The notes below the pieces were generated by a model that had not been told where the DNA came from, did not search any database, and saw only the letters and a program-made list of their open reading frames with translations. The position numbers and the translations under genes are program-made. A stretch of DNA of 64,000 nucleotides, from the NCBI GenBank assembly GCA_963801165.1, contig CAWDDT010000009.1, positions 192,001 to 256,000 of the forward strand, read 5' to 3'. Source of the DNA: an uncultured bacterium (GTDB taxonomy: Bacteria > Actinomycetota > Acidimicrobiia > Spongiisociales > UBA5794). Positions 1 to 8,711 of this stretch are shown here, one piece after another (within the stretch, counting starts at the first letter, position 1; each line of letters opens with the position of its first letter).

Positions 1-150
1 GCTACAGAGGTGATCTACACAATGGTCGCCGCCCCCTCGTACCGGTTGGGCTTCTGCCGGGCGGGGTTGACGATGCCGGTCGGTCGGCTAGCTCCCGGAC
101 CCACCGCGGCTATGACCACGGTTCCCGGCAGTATCGAAGTCTGAGCCACG

Positions 151-1002
151 ATGTCGCCGGAAACCGTTCGGTTGCTCACGTCGCACAACGCCGCCGTCGG
201 GTATCTGCTCGGCGTCGTAGCGCTTCTAGTCGTCGGAATCGTCGCAATGGTGCGCCCGCGCCCGGTACCGGTAGCGGGCGTCGTGATCGCCGCCGCCGGC
301 GTCGTCGCCGTCCACCTCGCCTATGTCGTTCCGCCCGAGCTGGTGGCGGGGGTGGGCTTGCTGGCATTGACCGGTCTCATTCCGGTGCGATCCGATCTTG
401 CTGCGATGGCCCTCGCGCTACCGGGAGCGGCCGTGCTGGGATACACCTTCACTGCACAGGGGGGGCTGGGGCTGATCCTCGTCGTCGTCGGGTCGACGGT
501 TCTGGGTCCGCTCGTCGCCCGCTTTGATTCGACCCACCCGGACACATCCGGCACCTCGCTCATGGTCGTGGCGTACGGGGCAGCGCTCATCCTGGTGCCT
601 GACACAGACTTGATCATCGTCGTCGTCGCCGCCGCGTTGCCGCTGATCGTGGCCGGTCATCCCCTGCGGCTGGCGCGACTGGGGCGGGGTGGGGCGGTCG
701 CAGCGACCGGTCTGCTGCTGTGGACTGCTGCAGGCGGGGCTGAGGCACGGTCGGCGGCGGTGGTCGCCGCCTCCGGTGTGCTCGGCCTGCTGGTTGCCGA
801 TCCGGTGATGCGCCGGCTCCGGGGAAGCCGGGGAGGTTTGACCAGAATCGGCGAAGCTCCGCTTCTCGGCGTCGCGGTGCAGATCGCGCTTGCGCTCAGC
901 CTGTCATTTGTCGCTGGCAGCGTCGATCATGCGGCGCTGCTCGCGATCATCACCTTGGCGTTGTTGAGTGCCGCGGGATTCTGGTCGAGTTCGCCGGTCT
1001 GA
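151..1002 (+). CDS. Polytopic membrane protein; apparent catalytically degenerate MraY/WecA (PNPT)-fold homologue
   Basis: 283 aa, almost wholly hydrophobic. By eye it is colinear with the WecA-like ORF at 10845-11804 (RPVPVAGV~RPTPLLGGV; GLIPVRSDLA~GLADDRFDLA; ARLGRGGA~IFLGDNGS; GLLVADPVMRR~GIFVIDLAVTVLRR) but lacks the catalytic Asp residues. Confidence 0.55.
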   Translation: MSPETVRLLTSHNAAVGYLLGVVALLVVGIVAMVRPRPVPVAGVVIAAAGVVAVHLAYVVPPELVAGVGLLALTGLIPVRSDLAAMALALPGAAVLGYTFTAQGGLGLILVVVGSTVLGPLVARFDSTHPDTSGTSLMVVAYGAALILVPDTDLIIVVVAAALPLIVAGHPLRLARLGRGGAVAATGLLLWTAAGGAEARSAAVVAASGVLGLLVADPVMRRLRGSRGGLTRIGEAPLLGVAVQIALALSLSFVAGSVDHAALLAIITLALLSAAGFWSSSPV

Positions 1003-1005
1003 TCG

Positions 1006-2385
1006 TCACCGGGAACGAGATGCTGCCGCCTCACGCTCGCGCAGGTGGGTGCCGGTCGTTCTTTGCTTCGGCGCGGCCTTGCCCGGCGTCTCCTTGCCGT
1101 TCTCAGTGTCCAGACTGGGGCGCATGGCAGGGTCGAGCCCCACGAGCAAAGCTGCGAAGTAGGGATACACCTGCGATCGCTGTCTGGCCAACAAGCCGAA
1201 GTTGTTGAACGAGCTGAACGCCACGATGAAACCGAAGGTGAACGCGAGCGCAAAGATCATATAGGGCATACCGCGGATCTTGACCAGCCCTTTCATAATC
1301 GGGATGAATCTCCATGCGAACAGCAGGACCAGGAACACCCCCTCGAAGCTGCTGGCGAGCGCCTGAGCGTTGTTTGCCTCCTGTGGGAACGGCCGGAATA
1401 GCACCTTCACGAACCCGGCGGGAAAGTCAGCAGGGCTGCGGATGCCCGTGCCGACGACGCCGGATCCGCCCTTGCTCGTGGTGTCCTCGACATTGGTGAG
1501 AACGTTCTCGAAGTCCTCGGTCGCCGTGAGACCTGAGGCGAAGTCGATGCCGAATTTGGATGCGGTGAAGATGCCGACGACGACGAGGACAAGACTTATC
1601 AGCACCGTTGCCACGAGCTTGCGGCTGCGCAGAGTCCTGTCGGCAACCTTGCCGAATAGCAGAGCTACCACGAGTGCCCCACCGAGGAGAAGGGCCACGT
1701 GCGGTCGGATAGCCGCGGCTCCTACCGATCCTATGCCGAATAGGAAGATCCACCGCAGCCGGAAGTCAACGAGCAACCTGGCTGCACCGAGCGAGCCGGC
1801 GCCGAGGAAGAGAAACATCAGCGACTCTTTCCCGATGCTCGACGGCCAGTAGACGATGGTTGGGAGGAACAGCACGGCGAGGGCGTACCAGCCGGAACGT
1901 TTTCCGCCCGTGGAATGGCGGAACGCGGCTAAGAGCATTAGCTGCCCGAGGTAGGCAAGGGTGGCGAACAGGAGAAAGCCACCAAGGAACGTGGGGACGT
2001 AGGGGATGTATAGAAACCCGGTTGCGGCGTTGACAAACTCGGTACCGATGCCCATCGGGGGTAGGTGGAACGATCGCCAGATTTGCACCAAACGGGTCCC
2101 GGATCCGTGGTAGCCGGTGGCGTCGCCTCCGCCGCCGTAGAGGAACTCGAGAACGGCAAACCGCCCGAAGGAGGCGATCAGTTTCACCGCGAACCCGGCG
2201 AGCACGACCTGAGGAAGCCACTTCTTGTCGGACTCGGTGGCCATGCCACGTCCGATCGCTCCCACCACCAGGACCGCCAGCGCGGCGTAGATCAACGTGG
2301 CACCCTCGATGTAACCGAGTGCCAGAGCCAGGACACCGGACAGCAATAATGCCCCGCTCAGACCCCATGTAGCGCCGGTGTTCAC
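1006..2385 (-). CDS. Multi-TM Wzy polymerase / GT-C-like glycan assembly protein
   Basis: GTG start overlaps the upstream stop (GTGA at 2382-2385). About 10-12 TM helices; loop motifs GDATGYH, YWPSSIGKES, IRPH and NFGLLARQR; lies among glycosyltransferases. Confidence 0.6.
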   Translation of the reverse strand: MNTGATWGLSGALLLSGVLALALGYIEGATLIYAALAVLVVGAIGRGMATESDKKWLPQVVLAGFAVKLIASFGRFAVLEFLYGGGGDATGYHGSGTRLVQIWRSFHLPPMGIGTEFVNAATGFLYIPYVPTFLGGFLLFATLAYLGQLMLLAAFRHSTGGKRSGWYALAVLFLPTIVYWPSSIGKESLMFLFLGAGSLGAARLLVDFRLRWIFLFGIGSVGAAAIRPHVALLLGGALVVALLFGKVADRTLRSRKLVATVLISLVLVVVGIFTASKFGIDFASGLTATEDFENVLTNVEDTTSKGGSGVVGTGIRSPADFPAGFVKVLFRPFPQEANNAQALASSFEGVFLVLLFAWRFIPIMKGLVKIRGMPYMIFALAFTFGFIVAFSSFNNFGLLARQRSQVYPYFAALLVGLDPAMRPSLDTENGKETPGKAAPKQRTTGTHLREREAAASRSR

Positions 2386-3335
2386 AGCAGCTCCAGATCG
2401 CCGAGGGAGATATCCCACTGTCTCAGATCGGTGACGTCGAGCTCGAGCGGCCTCAAGGGTCGCGCCATCAGTGTCATCGTGGCTCCGGGTACGGGAAGGA
2501 ATCCGGAGCGTAGCAACGCGGCTCGCTCGGGTGACCCGTTGCTGAAATACGCTCCCACGTACGACGATCTCGCCCGGTTGCGGGTCTTCCACAGGGCCCG
2601 GATCGGCCGGGAACCATAGAGCTCGGACACGAGCAACTCGCGCCGGCTCCCCCGAAACGCCATACGGGCGATGGCGCCGCTGTCGTGCGCTTCGACCAGC
2701 GTGTAGCGGGCGGTGGGGTGTCTGGTGAAGCGCCACTCCTGGTATGCCGCACTCCGAGGTGTCCGCAGACCCCTCGCTTCCCTGTCTGGAAACGTGTGTT
2801 TTCCGACCTCTTCTGGTGACTTGATGAAATCGGAAGGATCGGGCAGCTCGCCGGTATCGGGAGCGTGCCGGAAGACGGCCAGGGTCGGGGACGCCAAAGG
2901 CCGGATTGTCCCGACTTGTGACCAACCCATCGCCAGGTAACCGGCTCCGGAGCGGGGATTAGGCGTGTTGAACACCATGTCGACTCCGTCCTCAGACGCG
3001 GCGTCGAGTGCGGCGAGGGTCAACTGGCGGAATATGCCGCGCCGTCTGTAATCGGGGTGGGTGGCGGTATCGACCGCCCGGACACAACGCAGCTGTGCTC
3101 CGTCGCGCTGCTCGAGCTCCCAGCGCATGAACGCCCGGAAGCCGGCAATCGTGTCACCGTCGACGGCGACAAGCATCAACGAACGTCCGAAGGGGTTGCT
3201 GATGTGCTTCCATTCGAATAGCTCGGGCGTTCGCTGCAGCGAGGCCGTCTCACCGAGAGAGGCACGCAGGAGCTCTAGCACGTCGGGTAGATCGTGCGGC
3301 TGGAATGGGCGGATCTCGAGGTCGAAGTCAGCCAC
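2382..3335 (-). CDS. GNAT-family N-acyltransferase (two-domain, glycan-locus type)
   Basis: GTG start at 3335 overlaps the end of the GT gene. Contains the acyl-CoA/pantetheine-binding motif AVDTATHPDYRRRGIF and FNTPN...GYLAMGW. Confidence 0.85.
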   Translation of the reverse strand: MADFDLEIRPFQPHDLPDVLELLRASLGETASLQRTPELFEWKHISNPFGRSLMLVAVDGDTIAGFRAFMRWELEQRDGAQLRCVRAVDTATHPDYRRRGIFRQLTLAALDAASEDGVDMVFNTPNPRSGAGYLAMGWSQVGTIRPLASPTLAVFRHAPDTGELPDPSDFIKSPEEVGKHTFPDREARGLRTPRSAAYQEWRFTRHPTARYTLVEAHDSGAIARMAFRGSRRELLVSELYGSRPIRALWKTRNRARSSYVGAYFSNGSPERAALLRSGFLPVPGATMTLMARPLRPLELDVTDLRQWDISLGDLELL

Positions 3336-4422
3336 GGAGAACCTGCTCGTACACGGCCTCGGTGGCACGCACCATGGCCTCGAGGCTGTATTGGGAGCGG
3401 ATGAGATCAGCCCCCTTGCGCCCGAGCTCAGCCGCATACCCCGGGTGGTCGAGAAGACGTGCGATACCGCCGGCCAACGCCGCCGGGTCCCGAGGCGGCA
3501 CCAACAAGCCCGTCTCGCCGTCTCTGATGATGCTCGGGACCCCGCCAACGGCCGTCGCCACCACAGGGCGCTCCAACGAGAGCGCTTCGAGGATCGAAAC
3601 CGGCAACCCCTCCACGTCGGCAGGGTTGACATAGACCTCGGCGGCGGACATGAAGCGGATGGCGTCGGGCCGGCGCCCGAGAAAGCGGACCTTCTGCTCG
3701 ACCTCGTTGGCGGCGGCATAGCCGCGGATCTCCTGGAGATCACCGGCGTTCTTCTCGCCGCCAATGGAAACGATCAGGTAGTCGTCGCGCTCGAGTCGGG
3801 CGGCGGCCTCGACGAGGTTTCGGTGTCCCTTGAGCGGCCGGATGTTGCCGACGTGGACTATGAGCCGGGTGCCGTTGTCTATACCCAATTCGTCTCGGAC
3901 CCCGGATGCGTCGACGTCCGCGGGCACAGAAACTCCGTTCGGAATCACGCTTCTGGAACGGGCCGTATAGCCGGCGATCGAGTCGGCAACTGCATCAGAG
4001 ACTGCGATGACGGCCCGATTCCTGAAGTATGTGAACCGGTTGGCGATCTGGACCGGCAGGCGGTACGAGTCGGCGATGTTGTGCTCCGTGTACACCACCG
4101 GCACTCCGGACACGAGCCTGGCCACCGCCCCCATCGCGGGAAGATGGGCATGAACGAGAGACGCGTTGGCAGCGTGCACCAGGCGGCGGAATCGCATAGC
4201 CGCGACGGGCGTCATACCCCGTTTCGTGCCGAAACACTCAACCGGAAATCCCAGATCGCGCAGAGGGGCGGCCAGCTGATCTTTCCAGGGGAGCGCATAG
4301 GCAACCCGGTAGTCGTATCGATCAGTGTTCCAAAACCGTGCGCCTTCCGCGATCAGCTTCTCGGCGCCGCCGATGCCGAGACCCTTGATTGCGATTACGA
4401 CGGTAGGACGAGCAAAACTCAT
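3328..4422 (-). CDS. Glycosyltransferase family 4
   Basis: N-terminal GGAEK, KGH, and the EGLPVSILEA (EX7E) motif. Confidence 0.92.
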   Translation of the reverse strand: MSFARPTVVIAIKGLGIGGAEKLIAEGARFWNTDRYDYRVAYALPWKDQLAAPLRDLGFPVECFGTKRGMTPVAAMRFRRLVHAANASLVHAHLPAMGAVARLVSGVPVVYTEHNIADSYRLPVQIANRFTYFRNRAVIAVSDAVADSIAGYTARSRSVIPNGVSVPADVDASGVRDELGIDNGTRLIVHVGNIRPLKGHRNLVEAAARLERDDYLIVSIGGEKNAGDLQEIRGYAAANEVEQKVRFLGRRPDAIRFMSAAEVYVNPADVEGLPVSILEALSLERPVVATAVGGVPSIIRDGETGLLVPPRDPAALAGGIARLLDHPGYAAELGRKGADLIRSQYSLEAMVRATEAVYEQVLRG

Positions 4423-4567
4423 GTCAGGAACCCCACCGGAACGCCCCTTCCTCGTCGGCGCAATGTACTACGGGCACCCACCCACGGCGAGCGGTTTTGA
4501 GGCTACGCTGGCGTCGTTGACCATTGGTGGGGGTTGTGAATAGTCCACAGGATCAGGGAATGCGATT

Positions 4568-5389
4568 GTGGAGCGCATGATTGTGCTCGACACGGCAAAG
4601 CGCGGGGCCCGGTTTGCCGCCAAGACCGGGTTTGCCGCGGCAGACCTCTTCTCCCGGCGGAGACCCGGTCCGCGTCTGCTCATATATCACCAGATCGAGG
4701 CTGGTCTGGGGCGACAAATGGAGGTCACGGAGCGTGCCTTCCGTCGTCAACTCGGTTGGCTGCTCGACAACGGCGATGTGGTGAGTCTGGACCGGGCCCT
4801 CGCCGACCGGGGGCGGCCCGAGTCGAACCGTCAATCCGTGCTCACCTTCGATGACGGATACCAGGACGTTTACGAGCGTGCCTGGCCGCTGCTGCGGGAA
4901 CATGGGCTGCCGTTTGTGCTTTACCTGACGACGCATCCGACGGAGTCGGGGGAATCACTTACACCGGGTGGCAGGGCCGAGCCAATGACGTGGGCACAGG
5001 TCGAGGAAATGCTCGGATCGGGCTTGATGACCCTTGGTGCGCATACCCACCGGCATCGGGACCTCGGGGAGATGCCCGCGGCGATGATCGAGGAGGAGAT
5101 CGAGGTTTCCAACGACCTCATCGCCAGGCGCACCGGGGTGACACCGATCCATTTCGCCTATCCGTGGGGATACTGGTCCGCCCGAGCCCACCCCGTGGTT
5201 GCGGCAGCTTACGAGACCGCGACGCTCGGCAGCGGTCCGCCGATCACCCGGGACACTGATCCCCTCAAGCTGAACCGGATTCCCGTCCAGCTCAGCGACG
5301 GATTCTTCTTCTTCAAACAGAAGATGCGCACAGGACTGCCGGCCGAGGATTGGCTCCGGCGCCGTCTGGCGCACTACGACGGTCCATGA
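4568..5389 (+). CDS. Polysaccharide deacetylase (CE4/NodB-like, IcaB/PgaB type); no signal peptide evident
   Basis: LIYH, LTFDDGY, GAHTHRH and FAYPWG motifs. Confidence 0.9.
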   Translation: MERMIVLDTAKRGARFAAKTGFAAADLFSRRRPGPRLLIYHQIEAGLGRQMEVTERAFRRQLGWLLDNGDVVSLDRALADRGRPESNRQSVLTFDDGYQDVYERAWPLLREHGLPFVLYLTTHPTESGESLTPGGRAEPMTWAQVEEMLGSGLMTLGAHTHRHRDLGEMPAAMIEEEIEVSNDLIARRTGVTPIHFAYPWGYWSARAHPVVAAAYETATLGSGPPITRDTDPLKLNRIPVQLSDGFFFFKQKMRTGLPAEDWLRRRLAHYDGP

Positions 5390-6543
5390 CGGCGCCGCGG
5401 ACCTTCCTATTCGTCATCAACTCGCTGGGTGCCGGTGGCGCCGAGCGGTCGCTGGCCGACATCCTGCCTCACCTCCCCGAGCGGGGAGTGCGTCCCGTAG
5501 TCGTGTGTCTCGCGTCGCGTGACGTCGGATTCGAAGAGGAAGTGCGTGAGACGGGCACCGAGGTAGTAATTCTCCCCGGCAAGGGCTTGCCCGGTCACAT
5601 TTGGCAGATGCGCCGGATCATCAAGCGGGAGAGCCCCGCGCTTGTCTATACGGCGCTGTTCGATGCAGATCTGGTGGGCCGGATCGCGGCGGCGGCGACG
5701 GGGGTGCCGGTGCTGACCAATCTGACCAATGTCGCCTACGACCCGGCCCGGTACGCCGACCCGAACGTGAACGCACGCAAGCTGCGTGTGCTCCGGTACC
5801 TCGATGGTTGGACCGCTCGGCATCTGACCACGCACTTTCATGCGGTAAGTGAGGCCGTCAAGGAATCGACCGTGGAGCACCTCGGCGTAGACCCGGACGA
5901 CGTCACGGTCGTTTACCGGGGCCGCAGCCGCGGCCGGCTCGGTGTTCCCGACGAGGGCCGCCGCAGCCGGGTCAGGGCTTCGCTGGGCATCCGGCCGGAC
6001 ACACCGGTGTTGATCACGGTGGGGCGACGTGAATACCAGAAGGGTCAGCGCTACCTCATCGACGCCGTGCCCCCGCTACTCGAGCTGTTTCCCGATCTCG
6101 TGGTCTTGGTCGTGGGCCGGGAGGGCCACGCCTCCGCCGCGCTCAATGATCTTGTGGAGAAGCTCGATCTGGGTGGCGCGGTGCGATTCCTCGGCCACCG
6201 CTCCGACGTCGGCGACCTCCTCACCGCTTCGGATATATTCGTATTTCCGTCGGTGTACGAGGGACTGGGTGGGGCGTGTCTCGAGGCACTCGCCATGGGG
6301 TTGCCACTGGTGGTCTCCGACATCGCAGCGTTGCGCGAGGTAGTGACCAATGGCGACAACGGAATGCTGGTCCCACCCGCCGACCCGGTGGCGCTTGGCG
6401 ACGCGGCGGCGGTTCTTCTTGCCGATCCGGAGCTTCGCCGTCGCTACGGCCACCGCAGCATGGCCGTCTTCGCCGAGCGATTCGATGCCGAAGACGCCAT
6501 CCCGCAGGCAATCGATCTGATGCTGCGAGTCGCCCGCCGATGA
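5386..6543 (+). CDS. Glycosyltransferase family 4
   Basis: ATGA overlap with the deacetylase stop; GGAER, QKGQ and EGLGGACLEA motifs. Confidence 0.92.
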   Translation: MTAPRTFLFVINSLGAGGAERSLADILPHLPERGVRPVVVCLASRDVGFEEEVRETGTEVVILPGKGLPGHIWQMRRIIKRESPALVYTALFDADLVGRIAAAATGVPVLTNLTNVAYDPARYADPNVNARKLRVLRYLDGWTARHLTTHFHAVSEAVKESTVEHLGVDPDDVTVVYRGRSRGRLGVPDEGRRSRVRASLGIRPDTPVLITVGRREYQKGQRYLIDAVPPLLELFPDLVVLVVGREGHASAALNDLVEKLDLGGAVRFLGHRSDVGDLLTASDIFVFPSVYEGLGGACLEALAMGLPLVVSDIAALREVVTNGDNGMLVPPADPVALGDAAAVLLADPELRRRYGHRSMAVFAERFDAEDAIPQAIDLMLRVARR

Positions 6544-6555
6544 CGGTGGGCTCTC

Positions 6556-8688
6556 CTAGTTGCCGGACCGGCTGTTCGCACGCCGTTGCCTCGCCTGCTG
6601 CAGCACCGAGTTGGCTGCCTTCGATGTGACGTCGCCTTCGGCCGTCGCATCGGCGATGGAACCTGGTTCCGGCTCCTTGGCCTTCGTATTCCTCCCGGAG
6701 CCGGAAGGCGGGGTGGCGGGCGACGGAAGCGAGGGCTCATCATATGTCGCATCGATGTCGACTTCGATGTCGAGTTCGGCCTCGGCAGTAACCTCGTCGC
6801 GCGAGCCTCTCAGATAGGAGCGCACCTGGTCGCTGAAGGGGATCCGGCGCCCCTCGAGCAGGACGACACCGGCTACTTCGGCCTTGCGATCCGAGAGCGC
6901 CCCCGCCGCGTTCTCGATCACTGCTTTCTTGGTGACGCCTACGTAGCCCACCAGAGCGACGAGCTCCGTACGGCGCATCACGGCATCGGCCAGCGGGTCG
7001 GAGATGTCCGGTCCGGCGATGATGACCATCTCGTACCGGGCCAGCGCCGCCTCCATGAAGATGCGTGCGTTGGTCGAGGCAAACACGTCGACCGGGTCGT
7101 TGAGCTCGGCGTTGACGTGCACCGCGGTGAGCCGGGGAGCCGACGGCATGGCGTGGTCGAGGAAGCTGTTGATCCTGGCCGCCGCCTCGTCGGGGGGAGC
7201 CGGGCTCATCAGTATCTCGTTGAGAGCGTTGTGGCCGTCGCCGAACTCCGGGATGATGTTGGGGTGGAATGAGCTGCCGTCGATGAGCAGCACCCGACGA
7301 TCGCTCACCGAACACGACATGGCCAGATCGGCCGCCAGCTCGCCCACCTCCTCGCGAGAGACGCCGACGCCGAACAGGCCCAAAGCGGTCGGCTGCTCGT
7401 TGGTGATGGCATCGACAGCGGTGCGCAGCGTCTGGATGTCGCGCCGCCGCTGGGTGAGGGCGGTCGGATACCACACAGGGTGCTCGACGTCCGTCTCGCG
7501 CTTCCTATTGACCAGGGCCAGCGATATGACATTCTCGAGGTCCGCAGTCGCCCACACGGGCTTGCGGATCTGATCGTGGCCCACGATGGCGAGTCCGGCT
7601 ATGAACACGCCGACCACCAGACCGATGCCCCCGGTCAGCGCCATCGATCGCGGGGTCTGGGTTTCGTCGGTGACGATCGGTTCTTCCGGGAACACGCCGG
7701 GAGGGTTTCCGTCCAGGCCGCGCAGCAGGTCGACGTACTCGGCTTCCAGGTCGTCGAGATCCTGTTGGAGCGCCTCGAGCCGTAGTGAGCCTTCGTTGTC
7801 GAGTTCCTCAGCCACGGGTGGTTCCGGAACGTCCTTCAGCGCGTTCTCGAGCCGGAACAGGATTATGTTGTTCTGGCTCTGCTCCCCCTGGAGAGCCTCG
7901 AGCGTTACGACAGGGTCTTCCTCGGTCGTATCCACCGTCGTGTCCTCGGTCTGATTGGGCCGGCTTCCGGTCTGCTGGTCTGTCCGGGATGTCGATGATG
8001 AGGAGGACGTATCCTGCCCGAAGAACTCCGACTCCGTTGGCCGGATCTCCGGGTTGTCGATCCAGATACCGATCTGGGCCTGACGCTGGGCGAGCTCGTT
8101 GATCTGCTCCTCAATCGTGGTGCGCTGTGCGGTTACCTTTGGATCCTCTGGAGTCGGATCGCCGACCTGGAGATCCGACATTTGGGATTTGACCGCATCG
8201 ATGTTCTCGAGCACCGTCGCCATGGTGGCTTTGATCTCGTCAACGTTGATTACGGTCACGGATTTCGACTGATACTCGGCTCGCAGGGCGACAGCGTCAT
8301 TGAGGGCTTGTTGGCCGTCACGGCCGAGCGCAACGAAATACAACGTATTTGTCTCCCGATCGGCTTGGATCGTCACCCGTGGGTTGGCAGCGAGAGTGTC
8401 CTCGAGGAGCAGGCCGGCCCGCGTCCGCTCCGCTTCAGCGTCGGTGGCCGTTGTCGGGCTGTTGCTGGTGTTGCGGCTGCTGGTGCTGCCTCCGCTGTTC
8501 CCCGAGGAAGACGACTGGTCATCTGCTAGAGCGAAGAAGGTCATCGGTGCCTGGGCACGGAAGCGAGGAGTGATGCCTTCGTTGAAGTTGCTGGTGAGGA
8601 TGGCTCCCACGGCAGCACCGACAATCGCCAGCAGCACGATCACCGGCCACCGCGCCTGCAAAGTCTTGATGACGCGCCTTAACTGCAT
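6556..8688 (-). CDS. Wzz/Wzc-like polysaccharide co-polymerase with degenerate BY-kinase domain
   Basis: N-terminal TM (RWPVIV), long coiled-coil extracellular region, second TM followed by DQIRKP, then a CpsD-like fold (RRDIQTLRT, RRVLLIDG, YEMVII) without intact Walker motifs. Confidence 0.8.
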   Translation of the reverse strand: MQLRRVIKTLQARWPVIVLLAIVGAAVGAILTSNFNEGITPRFRAQAPMTFFALADDQSSSSGNSGGSTSSRNTSNSPTTATDAEAERTRAGLLLEDTLAANPRVTIQADRETNTLYFVALGRDGQQALNDAVALRAEYQSKSVTVINVDEIKATMATVLENIDAVKSQMSDLQVGDPTPEDPKVTAQRTTIEEQINELAQRQAQIGIWIDNPEIRPTESEFFGQDTSSSSSTSRTDQQTGSRPNQTEDTTVDTTEEDPVVTLEALQGEQSQNNIILFRLENALKDVPEPPVAEELDNEGSLRLEALQQDLDDLEAEYVDLLRGLDGNPPGVFPEEPIVTDETQTPRSMALTGGIGLVVGVFIAGLAIVGHDQIRKPVWATADLENVISLALVNRKRETDVEHPVWYPTALTQRRRDIQTLRTAVDAITNEQPTALGLFGVGVSREEVGELAADLAMSCSVSDRRVLLIDGSSFHPNIIPEFGDGHNALNEILMSPAPPDEAAARINSFLDHAMPSAPRLTAVHVNAELNDPVDVFASTNARIFMEAALARYEMVIIAGPDISDPLADAVMRRTELVALVGYVGVTKKAVIENAAGALSDRKAEVAGVVLLEGRRIPFSDQVRSYLRGSRDEVTAEAELDIEVDIDATYDEPSLPSPATPPSGSGRNTKAKEPEPGSIADATAEGDVTSKAANSVLQQARQRRANSRSGN

Positions 8689-8711
8689 CTGAATCGCACC
8701 TTCTTTGTCTG

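Noticed and set aside
3061-4500. Long antisense or alternate-frame ORFs (also 9276-10337, 10855-11859, 29652-30698, 41966-42940, 51686-52948, 56045-57196)
   Set aside because: They shadow well-supported genes and lack motifs; expected from the scarcity of stop codons in high-GC DNA.
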